Positions 1 through 10,937 of a DNA stretch of 64,000 nucleotides are shown in pieces. The notes below the pieces were generated by a model that saw nothing but the letters and a program-made list of their open reading frames with translations, was not told where the DNA came from and did not search any database. The position numbers and the translations under genes were made by a program. This stretch comes from Candidatus Doudnabacteria bacterium (GTDB taxonomy: Bacteria; Patescibacteriota; Doudnabacteria; UBA920; O2-02-FULL-48-8): assembly GCA_037200925.1 (NCBI GenBank), contig JBBCGO010000001.1:317248-381247 (forward strand). Direction: 5' to 3'. The first letter of the stretch is position 1; every line of letters starts with the position of its first letter.

Positions 1-555
1 AGCGGCAACACGGACATTTTCAGACATTGAATCGAATCGCGGCATAAGCATGAATTCCTGAATATCTATATTGGTATCGCCGTGCTTGCCGCCATTGATG
101 ACATTGAACATCGGTTTGGGTATTTTCAATTGTTTTTTTTTATGCAAAAGGGCGACATATTTATAAACAGGAATTTTTTTAGCCAGTGATGCGGTTTTCG
201 CCGCAGCCCCCGATACTCCCAGAATCGCATTGGCGCCGAGTTTCTTTTTGCCGGACGTCCCATCAAGGCTGATCAAAGCCGCGTCCAGTAGAGACTGGTC
301 AAATACATTCATCCCGCGGATATTTTTGGCAATGATCGTATTCACATTCGCCACAGCTTTAGAAACCCCAAGACCGCCAAATTCCTTCCCGCCATCCCGC
401 AATTCCTGTGCTTCAGCCGTTCCGGTCGAAAGCCCCGACGGGACGCCAAACGTCCCTCTTGCAGTCCCTGCCTCAACTGTCACCTCAACTGTGGGATTGC
501 CGTTAGAATCAAGGATCTGCCGGGCAAGGATATTTTTTATCGGCGTATTAGGCAT
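1..555 (-). CDS. eno: enolase (phosphopyruvate hydratase); C-terminal part runs off the window edge
   Basis: Minus-strand translation from ATG 553-555 is open to position 1: MPNTPIKNILARQILDSNGNPTVEVTVEAGTARGTFGVPSGLSTGTAEAQELRDGGKEFGGLGVS...LGANAILGVS...FNVINGGKHGD. Classic enolase N-terminus. Missing from the ORF track because there is no stop in the window. Confidence 0.85.
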   Translation of the reverse strand, partial: MPNTPIKNILARQILDSNGNPTVEVTVEAGTARGTFGVPSGLSTGTAEAQELRDGGKEFGGLGVSKAVANVNTIIAKNIRGMNVFDQSLLDAALISLDGTSGKKKLGANAILGVSGAAAKTASLAKKIPVYKYVALLHKKKQLKIPKPMFNVINGGKHGDTNIDIQEFMLMPRFDSMSENVRVAA

Positions 556-1781
556 GATTTAGAGCCTTGATCGCCGGCAGTTGCTTGCCTGATAAAAATT
601 CCAGCATAGCCCCGCCGCCAGTGGAGACATGGTCCACGAATTGCGAAACTTTTGCCTGATCCACAACTTGGGCCGTCTCGCCGCCTCCGATCACTCCAAA
701 TGCGCGGCCTTTCGATCTTGAGGCAAAAATCAGGGCCAGGGCTTTGCTGCCATTGGCGTATCTTGGCTGTTCGATCAGGCCAAATGGCCCGTTCCAAACC
801 AAAGTTTTCGCCCCTTTGATAATACCGGCGAACTTGCGTATGCTTTTTGGCCCAATATCAAAAATGGATTCCTCAGGCCTGACCTTATCAATAGGTGTCA
901 CTCTGGCCCTTGCTTCCAAACTCGTGGCTACAACGATATCAACAGGCAAAACAATTTTATCTTTATAGTGCCTCAGCAGCTCGCGAGCAACTGCGATATC
1001 TGATGTTTTGGACTTACCCACTTCGTAGCCGTGAGCTTTCAGGAAAGTATTCGCCACTCCTCCGCCGACAATGATGTTGGATGCTTCTTTGGCCAGACTG
1101 TGGATCGTCCCGACCTTGTCTTCGATCTTGATCCCGCCGATCAGCATGACCAGCGGTTTCTGCGGATCCTTCATAACTTTTGAAAAAGACCGGATCTCTT
1201 TCATAAAAGAGAGCCCGGCGTAAGCCGGCAATTTTCTCGCCAAGCCGAAAGTCGAAGCTTCCCTCCGGTGAGCCATGGAAAAAGCTTCGTTGACAAAAAC
1301 ATCTCCAAAACCGGCCAGCAGGTCAATAAATCCTTCGCTATTGTCTTCTTCGCCTTTATAAAACCTCAGGTTTTCCAGAAATAAAATACTGCCTCCCGGC
1401 AGATCCCGGCTCATTTGGACGTAATCCGACTTCGTGATGTCTGCAGGCAGAAAATTGATATGCTGCACGGAATAATCAGGCAAGTGGTCTTTGATTTTTA
1501 CTACTTTTAAACCGAGTAATTCGCCAAGTTTTTCCGCGGCCGGCCAAAGACTTTTAGTATTTTTATGATGCCCGTCCGGCCGGTCGAGATGAGAGAGCAA
1601 AATAATTCTGGCTTTTTGCTTTATCAAATATTTCAAGGTCGGCAAAGCATCTTTGATCCGAGTATCATCCGCCACTTCCCATTGTTCGGTGTGGATATTT
1701 TTTTTTCAATGGCACATCAAATCCGGCGCGCAATATCACGCGCCGGTCTGTGACTTTGACGGATGAAATAGATTTTATCAT
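548..1781 (-). CDS. pgk: phosphoglycerate kinase, reading frame broken by +1 in a T9 homopolymer (1698-1706)
   Basis: Track ORF 548-1675 starts at ADDTRIKDALP..., which is mid-PGK. Upstream, in another frame, ATG at 1781 gives MIKSISSVKVTDRRVILRAGFDVPLKK, the PGK N-terminal motif. The two frames join if the A9/T9 run loses one base. The ATG overlaps the TGA of the upstream gene (ATGA). Confidence 0.8.
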
Positions 1782-2965
1782 TGAGTTTGCGATCCCGTCA
1801 CGATCACCCACCCGTTCGGCACGTCGCAGGGTGTGGGGAATTGTTTGACCTCTCCGGTCGCAGGATTCTTCGCAGTTGTAATTACTTGGATGCAGGCAAT
1901 CGGCTCATTGCTGATCGGCGATGTAAATCCAAAAGTGGAAAGGATCTGGCTTATTAGATCTTTTGTTCCTCCGGGTGCGCCAATCTCTAAATACTTATTT
2001 TGAACGGATATAGTGGCGGTTGGTATTCCCAAAACACTATCGTAGATCTTCGCACCGAGGCCATTGATCGCAGATTCAGCAACGTTGCTTTTCGACGCTA
2101 CCAATAATTGTTCTTCTGTGGTGAAAGCGGCTTGATTTGGAAAAATTTTCACATACAAAACATTGTTAGCAGTGGTTTGCGGAGGAGACTGCTGCTGTTT
2201 TATTGAGTTAAAGTTGATCCAGACAATCCCGGCTTTGTCGGTAGTTACGTCTCCTTCGCTCCAATCAACTGGGTATTTAAAGGCAATGCCGTATTTTGTA
2301 TTCGTATAAGTTTTCCAGGTGGAAGTATCTGCTGCCGCGCTTGGTTCAGTAAACTTGACATTAGAAACGATTTGGTCAAAATCTATATCAAACTTCGTAG
2401 GAGGTTTGGGGTAATTGATGTGAAATAGATCCGTTTTATTCAGCTGAACAATGACATGGAATTCGGATTGACCGGTTGAAGAATAATCCAATCGGATCGC
2501 CGGTTTTCCGCCGACAGTTATGTCTGTTTTTGGCAGTTGTTCAGGCGTAAGCTTAAAGGCAGCAAGCTGCTCTGTGTACCATTCATCCAACGGAAGGTTT
2601 TTTGGATTTCCGTTCGGCTCAACCTCAAACGTCACCAGCGAATTTGCCGCGGTTTGCGACGGTTCCAGGATGGAAATACTGTAAAACGTTCCTGTGCCCT
2701 CCAGCCCTACAAGCAATGTCGGCGGATATTTAAAACTAAACCCGTACTGAGAATTCGTATACGTTTTCCAGTCCGCTGTTGGGTCTTTGTGAACGACTGG
2801 TTGAGCCGGCGACGGGACGGAGATTGTTGATTGCCAATACCAGATGCCGGCTACAGCACATGCGCCTAAGACCAAAAGCGAAGCTATCACAGCAATGAAC
2901 TTTGGCGTGAAAGTTTTTTTAGGCGGCGAAATGTCCTGCTGTTGTTGTATTGGGGTTATTTCCAT
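1778..2965 (-). CDS. membrane-anchored secreted protein, YTN-motif family (two motif copies)
   Basis: N-terminal TM helix followed by YWQ, then DWKTYTNSQYGFSFKYP and a second TWKTYTNTKYGIAFKYPVDW. Paralog of 2985-4061, 6419-7402, 31110-31697 and 36021-36587. Confidence 0.6.
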   Translation of the reverse strand: MEITPIQQQQDISPPKKTFTPKFIAVIASLLVLGACAVAGIWYWQSTISVPSPAQPVVHKDPTADWKTYTNSQYGFSFKYPPTLLVGLEGTGTFYSISILEPSQTAANSLVTFEVEPNGNPKNLPLDEWYTEQLAAFKLTPEQLPKTDITVGGKPAIRLDYSSTGQSEFHVIVQLNKTDLFHINYPKPPTKFDIDFDQIVSNVKFTEPSAAADTSTWKTYTNTKYGIAFKYPVDWSEGDVTTDKAGIVWINFNSIKQQQSPPQTTANNVLYVKIFPNQAAFTTEEQLLVASKSNVAESAINGLGAKIYDSVLGIPTATISVQNKYLEIGAPGGTKDLISQILSTFGFTSPISNEPIACIQVITTAKNPATGEVKQFPTPCDVPNGWVIVTGSQTQ

Positions 2966-2984
2966 ATGGATGTGATGAATTTGA

Positions 2985-4061
2985 TCACTGCAGAAGTTTA
3001 AAATCCTTTATCCCTAAACCAAAAATATCTAAATAAACCGAGCATAAATAAGGCTCTTGGCTTTTAAAATTCGGGTCAATACAATCTGATCCGGGACTGG
3101 GAGGTTGTTGGATTTGTTTTTCAAATACATATTTACTATTCCTTCCCAACTCCTGGCCTTGATCGCAACCCGGTGTAGTTGCGCTTTGGCAAGCATCTTT
3201 CTTCCAACTGTTCAGAGGAGTAATAGCTATCCACCAAACAGCAAAATGGTCTGCTGTATCCTTTAACTTATGGTCGAGAGGTAATCCGAACATCAATATA
3301 GTTGTGTTAGGAAAAACTTGATCATCAGGACGAGGAGTTATTTCGTCGACCGTATATTTGGTCCAGCTATCAGGCATCGTCAGTTGAAATCCATATTTTG
3401 CGTTGGTATAAACTTTTGAGGTCAGAATAGTGCCAATGCTCGGAGTCGTAAACTTGAAAGTGGAAAGGATTTGGGTAAGAACCGGACTTAAATCCGTATC
3501 GCTTGGGTAAAGCTCTATTGTGTAGAATTTATTTTTGTACGGTGTATCCAAAAAAAGAGATTTGTGTTCAGCTCCTAGTCCTGTCGCGTCACGATGCGTA
3601 TTCCAATCGATTCCACCAATAGACATAGTGGGTCCGGCACCTTGAAAATTCTTAATCCCCGAATCTTCAGTCAAGCTTGAGGAAAATTCCGCATATGAAA
3701 AATCATTGTCGGATACTGTCTTAGTTACTTGTACTGTACTAAATTTTGTCAGTGGATTAGGATCGGCATTGCTTTCATCTGAAAGATTCCAGTCATTTGG
3801 ATACTTAAACTCAAACCCATACTGAGCATTCGTATAAGTTTGCCAGGTTGCCGTTGGATCGACCTTCACTTTATGCACCGGCAGATCGACTATGGCCGGG
3901 ATCTGCCTGACTGTCTGCCAATAATAAAGGCCCGCGACAATGGCAGCTAAAATCGCAAACAGAAAAACAAAACCCAAAATCATATGCCGGCTGAACCAAT
4001 TTTTCTTTACATCCGGATGGAAATTGAAATTAGGTTCATTTGATTGATTTTGCGGTTCCAT
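2985..4061 (-). CDS. membrane-anchored secreted protein, YTN-motif family
   Basis: TM helix then YYWQ, then TWQTYTNAQYGFEFKYPNDW; a second degenerate copy is KVYTNAKYGFQLTMPDSW. Confidence 0.6.
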   Translation of the reverse strand: MEPQNQSNEPNFNFHPDVKKNWFSRHMILGFVFLFAILAAIVAGLYYWQTVRQIPAIVDLPVHKVKVDPTATWQTYTNAQYGFEFKYPNDWNLSDESNADPNPLTKFSTVQVTKTVSDNDFSYAEFSSSLTEDSGIKNFQGAGPTMSIGGIDWNTHRDATGLGAEHKSLFLDTPYKNKFYTIELYPSDTDLSPVLTQILSTFKFTTPSIGTILTSKVYTNAKYGFQLTMPDSWTKYTVDEITPRPDDQVFPNTTILMFGLPLDHKLKDTADHFAVWWIAITPLNSWKKDACQSATTPGCDQGQELGRNSKYVFEKQIQQPPSPGSDCIDPNFKSQEPYLCSVYLDIFGLGIKDFKLLQ

Positions 4062-4065
4062 ATAT

Positions 4066-5128
<1,063 letters not shown>

Positions 5129-5263
5129 TTATTTCAATAATTGCAGCAGAAAAGCGACGATGAACAGCGCCCAAACGAGAAAAATGATAAATTCAATATT
5201 ATCTTCAAACAGAAAATAGCGATGAAGATGCTGGTCCAATGTTTTTCTTGTTTTTTTTGCCAT
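5129..5263 (-). CDS. hypothetical small membrane protein (44 aa)
   Basis: MAKKTRKTLDQHLHRYFLFEDNIEFIIFLVWALFIVAFLLQLLK, between gap and fba; not in the ORF track (below its size cutoff). Confidence 0.25.
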   Translation of the reverse strand: MAKKTRKTLDQHLHRYFLFEDNIEFIIFLVWALFIVAFLLQLLK

Positions 5264-5322
5264 ACGTTTTGATTAATTTTTTTAATTATTTTATTTAAGA
5301 TTTATTCCTCAAAGCAGTGATA

Positions 5323-6189
5323 TTACTGTATTCCGTTAAAAAGTTTCAACCTCCCTTCTACCACTTTTTCTATTGCATCTACGGCAGGTTGTAAAATTTT
5401 ATATGGAGCGATTTCGTCAGGATGTTCGGCTAAAGATTTTTTAAGCGCCTCGTCGTAGGCCACACGTATTTCAGTATTAATGTGGATAATTGAAATGCCC
5501 GCCTTGATCGCATTTGTAAAATCCACATCACGCAATCCTGAACCACCGTGCAATACGAGAGGCACGCCCGTTGCTTTTTTTATTTCTCCCACACGCTCTT
5601 CATTTATATGAGGTTTGCCGCTTTTTATGAGGCCATGGATGCTGCCGACAGATGGTGCGAGCATATCTGTGCCGGTCATTTCCACAAATTTCTTAGCATC
5701 TTCGGGTTTCGTCAGGATCCCGGCGCCTTCCGGTATGGTATCTTTTATATTTGACCCTGAACCGATAAACCCCAGCTCTGCTTCTACTAAAATATCTCTG
5801 CCGGTTTCCTGAATCACACTCTTGGCATATTCTACGGTTTGTTTTGTGATCTTTACATTTTCTTCGAAACTCAAATTTGCCAGATCTATGATCACGGCAT
5901 CGAAGCCCGCGTCAATCGCACTCTTTGCACGCTCAAAAGAATAATGATGATCAGCATTCAGGAAAATAGGGTAATTATCTTTCGCTCTAATCTGATTGAT
6001 CATCCCAACTGCTTCGTTCTTGCCGACAAAATCTTCCTCGCCTTCGGAGAGCCCGATAATGACGGGCACTGCCAGTTTTTTTGCAGCATTATAGATCCCG
6101 TGGAATCCTTCCAAATTTGAAATATTAAAATGTCCGATAGCAACGCCTTTTTCCTCGGCTTCTTTCACATATTCTCGCAATGTTTTCAT
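5323..6189 (-). CDS. fba: class II fructose-bisphosphate aldolase
   Basis: GHFNISNLEGF, PVIIGLSEGE, LNADHH and VLHGGSG motifs of class II FBA/tagatose-bisphosphate aldolases. Confidence 0.8.
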   Translation of the reverse strand: MKTLREYVKEAEEKGVAIGHFNISNLEGFHGIYNAAKKLAVPVIIGLSEGEEDFVGKNEAVGMINQIRAKDNYPIFLNADHHYSFERAKSAIDAGFDAVIIDLANLSFEENVKITKQTVEYAKSVIQETGRDILVEAELGFIGSGSNIKDTIPEGAGILTKPEDAKKFVEMTGTDMLAPSVGSIHGLIKSGKPHINEERVGEIKKATGVPLVLHGGSGLRDVDFTNAIKAGISIIHINTEIRVAYDEALKKSLAEHPDEIAPYKILQPAVDAIEKVVEGRLKLFNGIQ

Positions 6190-6196
6190 AAAAGAG

Positions 6197-6409
6197 TTAA
6201 AACCTTATACCTGCTTTAAGAATATCCCACAATCCCGGCAATGTGGCTTTATTATTTGTGGCCTGGCACAAAGCATAGACCACCTGATATTGGCAATTCC
6301 AGCCTTTGGATTCTATCAGCAGGCTTGTGACTCCGCGCCAATACAGGAACAGGACCACCACGATCGCCAGCAAAATAAGTTTTACTCTCATTTTTTTCTT
6401 CAGGTACAT
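6197..6409 (-). CDS. hypothetical small membrane protein
   Basis: 70-aa ORF with one TM helix; no recognisable domain. Confidence 0.3.
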   Translation of the reverse strand: MYLKKKMRVKLILLAIVVVLFLYWRGVTSLLIESKGWNCQYQVVYALCQATNNKATLPGLWDILKAGIRF

Positions 6410-6418
6410 ATTAATGAT

Positions 6419-7402
6419 TTATCGGATGCCGGTATCGATATTGAAATCCGAAGTTGTAGTCTGGCCGGATTTGATAGTGACTGTGCCGACTGTCATACTG
6501 AGCTGGTCAACTCGCATTCCGCTGGCCTTCAGGGTGTATGTGCCTGCGGGCAGGGAAAATTTGTAATTTCCGTTTCCATCAAGGTGCTGGCTTGCGACCA
6601 AGCCGTTATTGCCAAAAACACCGACTTGTCGCGCCATATTCATCTCTGGCGTAGCCTGGCACGGATGGCCCGCTTGCTCCACGGGACAGATCGGCCCGAT
6701 CGTCACATGTCCCAAAAGCGTTCCCATTGACGAGGTTGATGAATTTGGATCACTAAATTTAAAAGTCTTTAGCATTTCATCCAATCGTTTCCAAACAGCA
6801 TTCGCATCAACTTCCGCCACTGCCCCGGGGGTGTAGTTGCCGATGTTGGCAATTCCGATGGTCTGACTGACTTCCATACAATCTTGGCCATGAAAAACCC
6901 GGTAAATTCTGGTTTGATAGTTCGTCCCGGCCGCTCCTTGGTTTTCATCGGATTCATGGAATATCACACCGTTAACTTCATACGTCTTAGCCGCGGCAAT
7001 GCAGTTTGATTCTGAACTTTGCGGCTGGACTGCAACCGTCAGATTGGCCGAACCAAAATTAGTTTTCGGATAAAGGCTTTGCGGGAGCACCGCGCTGATC
7101 AAGCTTTTGGCCGCATGTTTGAAGAAATTTGCCTGGTTGCCGGACGTATCAAGATCATAATTTTTATCATAATTAAACTGGAAACCATATTCGGTGTTCG
7201 TGTAAGTTCCGGTTTTCGGCGCCAGATGCATTGGCTGCATAAAATCTCCCGGGATCGGCTGGTAAGCCATTTGCCAATAATAGATCAGGCTGACTGCGGC
7301 TGCGAAAGCCAGTAAAACAAATAGAATTCCTAAAAATCTGAATTTCATTTGTTCATCTTCTTTTTGTGAAGCTTTGTGAATTTTATTTTTGGGGTTTGCC
7401 AT
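6419..7402 (-). CDS. membrane-anchored secreted protein, YTN-motif family, with C-terminal beta-sandwich-like tail
   Basis: TM helix, then YYWQ, then GTYTNTEYGFQFNYDKNY. C-terminus GTYTLKASGMRVDQLSMTVGTVTIKSGQTTTSDFNI resembles a carboxypeptidase-regulatory/Ig-like fold. Confidence 0.55.
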   Translation of the reverse strand: MANPKNKIHKASQKEDEQMKFRFLGILFVLLAFAAAVSLIYYWQMAYQPIPGDFMQPMHLAPKTGTYTNTEYGFQFNYDKNYDLDTSGNQANFFKHAAKSLISAVLPQSLYPKTNFGSANLTVAVQPQSSESNCIAAAKTYEVNGVIFHESDENQGAAGTNYQTRIYRVFHGQDCMEVSQTIGIANIGNYTPGAVAEVDANAVWKRLDEMLKTFKFSDPNSSTSSMGTLLGHVTIGPICPVEQAGHPCQATPEMNMARQVGVFGNNGLVASQHLDGNGNYKFSLPAGTYTLKASGMRVDQLSMTVGTVTIKSGQTTTSDFNIDTGIR

Positions 7403-7419
7403 GTTATTTAATATTTATT

Positions 7420-8409
7420 CTACAATAAAACAAGTTCTCTGGCTCTGAATTTTGGATGTGTTTTAAGATATGCTTCGATCTGCGGCTTGGACTGGAGGCC
7501 TTTGTGGGGGCCCACGAACTGCACCACGTGTCCGCCGTTGACAGTGCCCCACGCGATCGCTTCCTCTATCGGCTTGCCGTAAAAGATGGCGGATGTGAAG
7601 GCAGTGCCGTAAGCATCTCCTGCTCCGGTGGCTTCGATGTGCGGACCGATAAATTCATCCATGAACCAGACCTTGGGCGAGCCGTCTGAGGCGTATGATC
7701 CGGCCCGGCCATCGGTGATGACGGCTATCTTGGCGCCCAATTTATGCATTCCTTTCAGCAACGTTTTGACATTTCTGGTCTGATGCTTTAAGACCAATTG
7801 AGCCTCTTCGCGGTTGAGGAACAAAATTTCGGTCCGTTTATATATCCCTTTCAACTTTTCCGTACCCATGCGCATCTGAAAAGTGCCCGGATTGAAAGAC
7901 AATTTGATCTTCGGATTTTTCACTAAAAATCTCTCCAATTCCTTGTTAAATTTCTCTGTGCCGGCGGCCATTGATGAAAAATAGATCCATTTGGTATCAA
8001 GTTTATGAGGCAATTTATAGAGAAATTTGTTGTGTTTGATCAGGATAGTGCGCTCGCCCTGGAACGAAAGCACAAAATGAAAATTGGTCTGTGCGCCCTT
8101 ATTGATGTGGATAAACCGGGTGTCGATGCCTTCTTCCGTCAGCTCTCTGATGATCTTTTGCCCGCTTTCATCATCGCCGACCGAGGTGACAAAGGCGTCT
8201 TTCATGCCCAATCTGGTCGAGCCAACTGCATTGTTTGTGGAGTTGCCGGCCGGCAGCAGGGTCAAAGTGTCATAAGGGATCTTGTCCGCAAAAGACATGC
8301 AAAGCTGGCAATTCGTATGGTCCACCGCGCAATGCACAGAAGCTTCATGCAATTGGATGAAGGCATCAATGGTCGCATCCCCGATTGAAACTATGTCGTA
8401 TTTGGCCAT
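7420..8409 (-). CDS. PfkB/ribokinase-family carbohydrate kinase
   Basis: N-terminal IVSIGDATIDAF and C-terminal ATGAGDAYGTAFTSAIFYG (PfkB signature 2). Sits in the glycolytic cluster. Confidence 0.7.
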   Translation of the reverse strand: MAKYDIVSIGDATIDAFIQLHEASVHCAVDHTNCQLCMSFADKIPYDTLTLLPAGNSTNNAVGSTRLGMKDAFVTSVGDDESGQKIIRELTEEGIDTRFIHINKGAQTNFHFVLSFQGERTILIKHNKFLYKLPHKLDTKWIYFSSMAAGTEKFNKELERFLVKNPKIKLSFNPGTFQMRMGTEKLKGIYKRTEILFLNREEAQLVLKHQTRNVKTLLKGMHKLGAKIAVITDGRAGSYASDGSPKVWFMDEFIGPHIEATGAGDAYGTAFTSAIFYGKPIEEAIAWGTVNGGHVVQFVGPHKGLQSKPQIEAYLKTHPKFRARELVLL

Positions 8410-8471
8410 TTTTTGTTTCCTAATGTTATTTTTACTTCTTTATTATAATGAATTGTTAATTTTTTGTAAAA

Positions 8472-8504
8472 TTAAAAGCCCCTCTTCAATATGAGGGCTT
8501 TTGG
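8472..8504. terminator. bidirectional intrinsic terminator hairpin
   Basis: AAGCCCCTC-ttcaatat-GAGGGCTT flanked by an A-run and a T-run, downstream of 8512-10287. Confidence 0.5.
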
Positions 8505-8511
8505 GACTAGG

Positions 8512-10287
8512 TTAATTTATTCCTGAAGGACTGGCGGTCTTAACTCCGGCCGTATATCCGGCGATGTCAGCGCTTAAACAAAATGTCAACTGATAGCTCT
8601 GTCCGGAATTAAGCTGTTGGTAAGTGTAAGTATTCTGGGCTTGGGTGCAGGTTCCACCGGCCGGAACCGGAGCCGTCGGCCATGTGGAAATATAAGTGCT
8701 CCATTTCGGATTTCCGTCATTGGGGTTGGCTGTGCCGTTTAAACTGGCCGGATAGCGATTGTTGTCATTGTAGAACAATTCCAAGCCGGTCATAAGCTGG
8801 TGTACATCTGCCATCCGCCTGGCATCATCCGCAACTCCCTGCGATTTTTTCAATATTTCAGCATAGTCGTAGGTGTGCACTCCTGCTGTCAGCAACGGGT
8901 TAGAAGAAAGATCGGTATGGTCTACCTCCAAGCAATATTTTAAGGTGAAGTTTGTCAGATCAGCGGATACCGTATAAACATAGTTATTGTCCGAGCCGGA
9001 GCAGGGGGAAGCTGACGAGGCAACAGGGGTTGGTACGGCGTCCATGTAATTGGGAACCAAAGATTGGAGAGTGACCGGGAATTTTTTTGAATTATTTTCA
9101 GAATATATTCCCAGTCCGCCAAATATCGTGCCTAGATCAATTAATCTTTGCGCATCCCGCAGCTCTGCCGGGGTCAATATTGTGATTGTAACCTGCTCAC
9201 TCACAGTACCGCTGGCACTGGTCGCAGCCAAAGTATAAGTCGTGGTCGCAGTCGGAGTAACGTCTTTCGAACCGGTTAAATCTACCGGACTGTTGTCCAA
9301 AGTTACGGTTGTAGCATCCGAAGTCGACCATTCCAAGGTGGTGGTATCACCGGGTTTGATCTTGGCAGAATAAGCATCGAAGTAAGAGATCGAGGGTTGG
9401 CTGTTGTTTACAAACTCCACTGTGGCAGATTGACTAACAGACTGTCCGTTAAAAGTCGCAGTCAAAGTATATGTGGTCGTTTTATCTATTACATCCGCGG
9501 CTCCACCACCACTACCGACAGGATTCGGCACGTCTTTAATCTCCGGGGTAATATTTACAACACTGCTTTGAGGAATCACTTGCCAGAGAAGAGTCGGGCC
9601 ATATTTTTCATTGGGATCTATGGCGGTTATACTCTGTGGCGTAACATCAAATTGTAAAATCTGCGGGGCAGTTAAAGGCGCCAGTGTAAATTTGATCGGC
9701 GATCTGGCCAGTTCAACGAAAGTGTTCCCTGTATCATCATTAATATCATTGGCATACATGTATGCGGTGTGTTCAAGTCCATCGCGGAGATTATCAGGAA
9801 TAATGACTTCAAAACCGTGATTGCCCGTTACGCCCAAAGCCGAATTAACATCAGGCCGGCTGATATATGCGCTGCCGGCGGCATTTGAATCTCCTCGTTT
9901 CGCGTCAAAAAAAGCCCAAACTAATAGTGAGCTATCAAGAGAATCCTTATCCAATGCCCAGCCATGAATTACACCATTTTCGTCTATAGTGTCCGTAAAG
10001 CCGACCGGAAGCTGATTTATTGAAACAGTCGGGCCTATTGGCAGTGCCAGATCTTCCGAATTGGCTTTATTGATGTCGCTTGCTTTGTGGCCCCAGGATT
10101 TGAATATGGCCATGGACGGGAACGGATAACGCTGATCCGTGCCCAAAAAAAATACAGTATGCTTGCTGTCTACGACAACGGAACCCTTGGTATGCCGTGT
10201 TGCGGCGGAGGCAAAAGGAACATTAATGAGCAGTCCTACGGCTAATATTAGCCCTAAACACCCGATCGCTTTCAAAAAATTTGTCAT
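8512..10287 (-). CDS. large secreted protein with a C-terminal pilin-like core
   Basis: Signal peptide MTNFLKAIGCLGLILAVGLLINVPFASAA. C-terminal region ARRMADVHQLMTGLELFYNDNNRYPASL resembles the pilin/pseudopilin core. Adjacent to a type IV pilin gene. Confidence 0.5.
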   Translation of the reverse strand: MTNFLKAIGCLGLILAVGLLINVPFASAATRHTKGSVVVDSKHTVFFLGTDQRYPFPSMAIFKSWGHKASDINKANSEDLALPIGPTVSINQLPVGFTDTIDENGVIHGWALDKDSLDSSLLVWAFFDAKRGDSNAAGSAYISRPDVNSALGVTGNHGFEVIIPDNLRDGLEHTAYMYANDINDDTGNTFVELARSPIKFTLAPLTAPQILQFDVTPQSITAIDPNEKYGPTLLWQVIPQSSVVNITPEIKDVPNPVGSGGGAADVIDKTTTYTLTATFNGQSVSQSATVEFVNNSQPSISYFDAYSAKIKPGDTTTLEWSTSDATTVTLDNSPVDLTGSKDVTPTATTTYTLAATSASGTVSEQVTITILTPAELRDAQRLIDLGTIFGGLGIYSENNSKKFPVTLQSLVPNYMDAVPTPVASSASPCSGSDNNYVYTVSADLTNFTLKYCLEVDHTDLSSNPLLTAGVHTYDYAEILKKSQGVADDARRMADVHQLMTGLELFYNDNNRYPASLNGTANPNDGNPKWSTYISTWPTAPVPAGGTCTQAQNTYTYQQLNSGQSYQLTFCLSADIAGYTAGVKTASPSGIN

Positions 10288-10378
10288 TAAAATTTGGGGT
10301 TAAATATACGAACTAACCAGTATACCCCTCTCTGATGCTATTGTCAATGCTGGAGGTGATACAAGTCTTTTTATTTAA

Positions 10379-10936
10379 TCACGGACCCAAATATTGCAGA
10401 CAATAATAATACTTGTCTAAGTGCTGGACCGGAGTAACTGACGGACAATTGGAATCGGGTATAACGCTTTCCTGCATCCATATCAGGTAAGCACCTGGGG
10501 GATCAGGGGGGCCTAGAAAGATCGACCCAACACCGTTCCAATGAGCATTGTACAGGAGCCGGTTATACGCATTCGTGCCCTGGTCAGCGTTATTGTCCGG
10601 AAATATTGGCAAAAAAGGCGTCATGTCAGTGACCAATGCATCCGAACCTTCATAAAAACCGTCCCAGCAGGTCTCGTTGGCGGGGCCGAAACAGCTAAAA
10701 CCGTTCGCAGCGCCGTTGCCGTGCGGCTCGTTCGGCGGCCAGGAGCTGTTATGTGTCTGATAATACAAATTCAGGGCGATGACGACTTGTTTTTTGTTTT
10801 GAAGCCTTTTGACATCGCGGGCTTTGAGCTGCGCTGAATCTAAGTAAACCAAAAATATCGCAGACAAAAGACCGATAATGGCAATGACGACAAGCAATTC
10901 TATTATTGTAAAACCAGAACCTCTTTTTGGTTTCAT
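10379..10936 (-). CDS. type IV pilin / pseudopilin with prepilin (class III) signal
   Basis: MKPKRGSGFTIIELLVVIAIIGLLSAI: G-F cleavage site, Glu at +5 and a hydrophobic helix. Confidence 0.8.
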   Translation of the reverse strand: MKPKRGSGFTIIELLVVIAIIGLLSAIFLVYLDSAQLKARDVKRLQNKKQVVIALNLYYQTHNSSWPPNEPHGNGAANGFSCFGPANETCWDGFYEGSDALVTDMTPFLPIFPDNNADQGTNAYNRLLYNAHWNGVGSIFLGPPDPPGAYLIWMQESVIPDSNCPSVTPVQHLDKYYYCLQYLGP

Positions 10937-10937
10937 A

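Noticed and set aside
230-797. Track ORFs 230-562 (+) and 537-797 (-)
   Set aside because: Both are antisense or out-of-frame to the enolase gene (1-555) and to pgk. The enolase reading gives a textbook protein; these do not.
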